From: an uncultured virus (IMG/VR IMGVR_UViG_2061766007_000025)
Taxonomy: Duplodnaviria > Heunggongvirae > Uroviricota > Caudoviricetes
Length of the DNA stretch: 64,000 nt
Virus record (IMG/VR): IMGVR_UViG_2061766007_000025
Strand: one strand, 5' to 3'
Shown here: positions 59,872 to 64,000 of the stretch, piece by piece
How positions within the stretch are numbered: the first letter of the stretch is position 1
How the letters are laid out: each line of letters begins with the position of its first letter
Position numbers and translations under genes: made by a program
Notes under the pieces: model-generated
What the model was told of the DNA's origin: nothing
Seen by the model: the letters and a program-made list of their open reading frames with translations, nothing else
The model's database searches: none

Positions 59872-60558
59872 TCATTCTTCTTTATCTTCAGTCTCATTAT
59901 AACCAAATTCATCGGTTAATGATATAGTAACGGGGCTACTCATAGGATTCGGAACATTAGGATTCTTATTAGTAAATACCAATGATACATCAATATCACA
60001 ATTCTCACACATTCTCTTTAATATCTTAAGAGTTATAGAATGGCCTTTAAGTTGTCTCTTATCATTCGGAAAGTTAGATCCAAATCTAGAAGCATACTTA
60101 TCAAAATCCATATTTTTAGAATTATATGCCATCTTAAGACCTTTCATTTCTGGTTGGTCATCTTGGCATATAGGGAATGCTGTTATTGCATCTGGTGTAA
60201 GCATCCAAGGTTCCTGCATTTTATTAATAGAATTCTGTTTCTCTAATATATCAGCCATGGAATTAGTATTAGTTATATCCATAACTCCTGTTGGCTTATA
60301 CTCATTAATATCTTCATCTTTAGGATATATAAAGAAGTCTATAGGACCAGAATTATATACACCTGGTACAGATGAATCAACATTGTGCTTACCTCTTAAT
60401 GGTAAAACAATGTCTTCTCCTTTATGATTTACAGATATCGCAGTACTATCAGAGCAAACATCTTTTATCTTGGAATATCTTTCATAATCCATAATTTCAT
60501 ACATATTACCTTGTACTACACCATAAGTAACATGCATATCTAAAGCTGGTACATCCAT
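59872..60558 (-). CDS. Hypothetical protein
   Basis: 228 aa in RNAP/SbcC operon. Confidence 0.7.
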   Translation of the reverse strand: MDVPALDMHVTYGVVQGNMYEIMDYERYSKIKDVCSDSTAISVNHKGEDIVLPLRGKHNVDSSVPGVYNSGPIDFFIYPKDEDINEYKPTGVMDITNTNSMADILEKQNSINKMQEPWMLTPDAITAFPICQDDQPEMKGLKMAYNSKNMDFDKYASRFGSNFPNDKRQLKGHSITLKILKRMCENCDIDVSLVFTNKNPNVPNPMSSPVTISLTDEFGYNETEDKEE

Positions 60559-60639
60559 TAAAAATATTCCTCCTAGTACTTAATAGAATAAAAATTAGCA
60601 ATGGGAGATATTACTCTCCCATTGCATTATTATCATATC

Positions 60640-61239
60640 TTATTTTGCGATAGCTTCATCATCTTTAACAAGAACTTTAATAAGACCATCTGCTTCAAGA
60701 GCAAATACTTTAATACCATTCTCAATAGCAACTCTTGCCTGGAAAATACCATCAAGCTTAACACCAACTGTCTCGCCTTCTTTAGCATTCTCATCAAGAT
60801 ACTTCTTAATCTCCTCTAATGTTACAACCATTAAAGAAACGATTGCAGAAGAATCAATAAATGTCATACCATACTTACTTCCTGCAATTCCTCTAACGAA
60901 GCTATATGCCTGATCATTATTGGCAAACTTAATAACAGATGCATCTTCAGGAATATCATTCTCATCGAAAGTCCATGATAAAGTCCAGTTGCCTGGCTGT
61001 TCTGGATCTTCATTCTGGAAGAAAGTTAAGAAACTAGCTGCTACAAATGTACCATCTACTCTTTCAAATACAAGAGCTGGAGTATTTAAATTCTTAGAAG
61101 ATTTTAAAATTTCTGCTGCTGAAGTGAATAAGATATTCATTACTTTATCGCAATGCTCTGCTGCTACATCATAAGCAAAATCTTCGAATAACCTCCTTGA
61201 CCAATTCTGTGGTAATCCTGTTTCAAAAAGCGGTTTCAT
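60640..61239 (-). CDS. Hypothetical protein
   Basis: 199 aa, AGGAGG RBS. Confidence 0.7.
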   Translation of the reverse strand: MKPLFETGLPQNWSRRLFEDFAYDVAAEHCDKVMNILFTSAAEILKSSKNLNTPALVFERVDGTFVAASFLTFFQNEDPEQPGNWTLSWTFDENDIPEDASVIKFANNDQAYSFVRGIAGSKYGMTFIDSSAIVSLMVVTLEEIKKYLDENAKEGETVGVKLDGIFQARVAIENGIKVFALEADGLIKVLVKDDEAIAK

Positions 61240-61329
61240 TATTTAGTCCTCCTGAAAAATAATATAAGATATAATTTTGATATATGTTTGGCTCTTCACC
61301 ATATTTATAATATATTACTATACTTATTT

Positions 61330-63684
61330 TTACACTTTCTCTCTAAGATAGAATTCCATATTAGATTTAAAATCAGCAATAGGAACTATCATGCAATTCT
61401 GTGGAGCTTTTGTGACTTTCCCTGAAACAAAGCCTTTATAAGGTATAAGTAATATATCAGTTTTCTTTGTAACAGAACTATCGTCGGCATCATAACCGGC
61501 ATTACATAAAAGTTCTGCTAGTTGTTGATCCCTACATCCTGTAAATCTAATCTGCTTTCTATTAACTAGATCTACATTATAAGAATCTATAATATTCATA
61601 TGATTAACTATAAACTCTATATCCTTAATAAAGAATGGAAACTCTGATACTATAGTAGTCAAAGTTACAATACCAGAAGATATTACTTCAGTATATATAG
61701 AACTTTTAAAATTAATCGTATCTGATACATATCTATTATATAATTCTTTTATAGATATCTTTTGTAATATAACTTGCCACTTCTTATGTGCTAAGCCTTG
61801 GAATCCTAAAGAACCCATTATGATATAATCTTTAACTGGTTTAGTGGTTAATTCATTTAATACTTTATACATACTTCTACCATCAGCATCGCCTAAAGTA
61901 GAAATATAATAAGCTTCATCATATTCGAATAACTTATAGAAGTGGTCTATATGACTTAATGTATTAAATGTAGAATCTCCAAATCCTTTTATGTTTAACT
62001 TAGCAAACATATTAGTCATTCTAGTAACTGAACGTCCTAAACATTCCATATTAGGACATATAGCAGATTTACCAGATTCGGATATAACTAATTTAGTTCC
62101 ACATATAGGACAATGCTCTATAAATGGATATACCGGATTCGGATTATTTCTATTACTATCGCAATCTACAGTACTTACATATGGCATTACATCATTTACA
62201 TATTTTACATTGATATAGTCGCCATACTTTAATCCCATAGATTTAAACCTTTCATAACTAGATCCAGAAGATTTAGTATGAATAGTTCCTATAAACTCTA
62301 CAGGGTCATAATGAATCATAGGAGTAATATTACCGTGCTGACCTACTTCAAAAGTATAACCTCTAAATATAGTTAACTTCTCTGCAGGATCAAATTTAAT
62401 TGCCATAGAATATTTATTGATATAATTCTTTCTTCCTAACTTCTGTCTAATATCTTCATCTGTATAGGAAACAACTATACCATCATACATAAAGTTTAAA
62501 TAATCTCTGGCAACTTTAGCTTCATCCCAGAATGCTTTTATATTATATAAATTCTCTATATAGGTTCCATAAAAATAGCAATATCTTAATGGCTCTCCAT
62601 TAGATATAAATACTCTATTTAAGAACTCTATTTCTTCCATTCTATTTGATATCTGTGGAACATCATTTCTATCAACAGCTAATGGAATAAGAGTAATATA
62701 ATCTCTATACTTATAAGCATCTGAAGATCCGAATAGACCAACTATAGCAGTTCTACAATTAGCATAATTGTAGTTATTAGCTATATTAAAATCACATAAA
62801 TTAGATTTGGTCATTATAGCTTCAAACTTAACCCCTATAGGTTTCTCTCCTATCATACAATCTGCATGTTTAAAAGTATAACCTCTAAGCATAGGAGTTA
62901 AGTCAGAAGCTTCCCCAATACCTGTATCTCCCCTAGTTCTAGCAGAGAACAATTCTAATCCACAATCAGCTTCTACAGATATACCATCATACTTCAATTC
63001 ACATACTACACCAAATTCTTTATTTGGATCTAGTATACCTTTTTGTATATGATCGGCAAAAAAGTCTCTTTCAAATACTTTTACATTAGCATCATCAAAA
63101 ACTCCAGCATCTATAGCATCTTGATTAAGAACGAATTTAGCTTTATCTAAAGTTCCTACAAGATCTGGATGATTATGTTCTGTATTATGTGTTCTTTTAG
63201 ATATATAGTCTGATTCAAATCTTAATGGATTAATATGAAAATCTCTTCCATCTACATATGTCTTATCTAATTGCATGATATTATCATATGCCTCTTGATG
63301 AACAGGATCTAGATCTCTTTTCTTTATAAAAGATATAGGACATTTAACTTGTCTATTATGCTCACCAATATTATTGAGATTCTCTTTAAAGTTTACTACA
63401 GCAGAACCAACTTGGAAATGCTCATCATAGTTCTTATACTTCTCTAATAACAGATCATAGAATCCATCTTCTATTGGAAGAGCTAACATATCTGTTCTAT
63501 TATAAAGTATATTACAACTCATAATGAGTTTCTTTAATGCTTCAACTTCTGTACTATCTAGTTCAGGTTTAGCATATAAATCTAATCCGAGTTGATTAAG
63601 CTTTGCAGTATTCTCAGAATTTATAACACTTCCATCTCCAATATTAAGAGAAAGCAAAAAAGAATCTATAAAGCTATTATCCAT
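61330..63684 (-). CDS. ligA: NAD-dependent DNA ligase
   Basis: ELKYDG, TRGD, DGIVV, MAIKF, GQHGNITP, CPIC...CPNMEC zinc finger, BRCT-like FTG...SVTKKTD. Confidence 0.9.
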   Translation of the reverse strand: MDNSFIDSFLLSLNIGDGSVINSENTAKLNQLGLDLYAKPELDSTEVEALKKLIMSCNILYNRTDMLALPIEDGFYDLLLEKYKNYDEHFQVGSAVVNFKENLNNIGEHNRQVKCPISFIKKRDLDPVHQEAYDNIMQLDKTYVDGRDFHINPLRFESDYISKRTHNTEHNHPDLVGTLDKAKFVLNQDAIDAGVFDDANVKVFERDFFADHIQKGILDPNKEFGVVCELKYDGISVEADCGLELFSARTRGDTGIGEASDLTPMLRGYTFKHADCMIGEKPIGVKFEAIMTKSNLCDFNIANNYNYANCRTAIVGLFGSSDAYKYRDYITLIPLAVDRNDVPQISNRMEEIEFLNRVFISNGEPLRYCYFYGTYIENLYNIKAFWDEAKVARDYLNFMYDGIVVSYTDEDIRQKLGRKNYINKYSMAIKFDPAEKLTIFRGYTFEVGQHGNITPMIHYDPVEFIGTIHTKSSGSSYERFKSMGLKYGDYINVKYVNDVMPYVSTVDCDSNRNNPNPVYPFIEHCPICGTKLVISESGKSAICPNMECLGRSVTRMTNMFAKLNIKGFGDSTFNTLSHIDHFYKLFEYDEAYYISTLGDADGRSMYKVLNELTTKPVKDYIIMGSLGFQGLAHKKWQVILQKISIKELYNRYVSDTINFKSSIYTEVISSGIVTLTTIVSEFPFFIKDIEFIVNHMNIIDSYNVDLVNRKQIRFTGCRDQQLAELLCNAGYDADDSSVTKKTDILLIPYKGFVSGKVTKAPQNCMIVPIADFKSNMEFYLREKV

Positions 63685-63693
63685 TGTTGCCTC

Positions 63694-64000
63694 CTAGCCA
63701 ATACAACTTACATTCAACTGAATAAATGGTATGTTGTACTGACGTGCTATCTCTTTTTCTATTTGACAGCCTCTAGTGGCTGCTATAGTTTTATCATCTG
63801 GAAATACTATAAAATCCACATTCTCTGTTTCTAACTGCTGAATAGATTTTCCAAGATGCCAAAATCTTCCTGCATTAAGTGGAACATCTTTATGCTCATA
63901 ATTATTTACTATCTCTACACTCTCAATAGGAATACCAATCTGATCTTTTAAAGCATCTAATATTCTAGCTCTATCCATTAATATATCTGATTTAGATTTA
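63694..64000 (-). CDS. DUF4406-like protein, probably 5'-truncated by window edge
   Basis: RGCQIEKEIARQYNIP motif; frame is open to the window end. Confidence 0.55.
   Translation of the reverse strand, partial: KSKSDILMDRARILDALKDQIGIPIESVEIVNNYEHKDVPLNAGRFWHLGKSIQQLETENVDFIVFPDDKTIAATRGCQIEKEIARQYNIPFIQLNVSCIG

Noticed and set aside
2726..63834. Numerous short opposite-strand ORFs in the track (e.g. 8085-8426, 33807-34130, 48132-48440, 55887-56198)
   Set aside because: Shadow frames overlapping well-supported genes, lacking RBS and motifs
1..64000. Stop-codon reassignment
   Set aside because: Long genes are intact in the standard code and both TAG and TGA terminate coupled genes; fragmentation of core genes is explained by introns

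Overview
Strongly AT-rich, gene-dense segment (standard code, GGAGG-type RBSs, four short N gaps) of a jumbo bacteriophage of the AR9/PBS1/phiKZ grade, probably infecting a Firmicute (inference). Core genes are three subunits of phage multisubunit RNA polymerases, the exonuclease/motif-A half of a split family B DNA polymerase, an SbcC/Rad50 ATPase and an NAD-dependent ligase, alongside tail/adhesin genes and many small accessory ORFs. Reading beyond the ORF track gives five main results. (1) The beta'-like RNAP gene (18810-22621, minus) is split by five ORF-less group I introns with 10- and 11-nt micro-exons; manual splicing restores GRYNMSVRSVI, NRNPTINYGS and ADFDGD in a 535-aa frame, but two splice sites look non-canonical. 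A sixth intron splits DNA polymerase motif A. (2) A dispersed family of five (plus one divergent) tRNA-Leu-like RNAs keeps covarying acceptor/D/T arms but replaces the anticodon arm with unrelated structured cargo; one copy sits inside P1 of the intron that splits the RNAP catalytic motif. (3) A ~1 kb segment bounded by 46-bp palindromic inverted repeats would, on inversion, swap the C-terminal domain of a tail/adhesin protein. (4) A tyrosine-rich tail-associated protein is co-encoded with a radical SAM/SPASM enzyme and a GT8 glycosyltransferase. (5) AR9-type AACA-N6-TA late-promoter motifs precede structural genes. All calls are by eye; no searches or folding programs were run.
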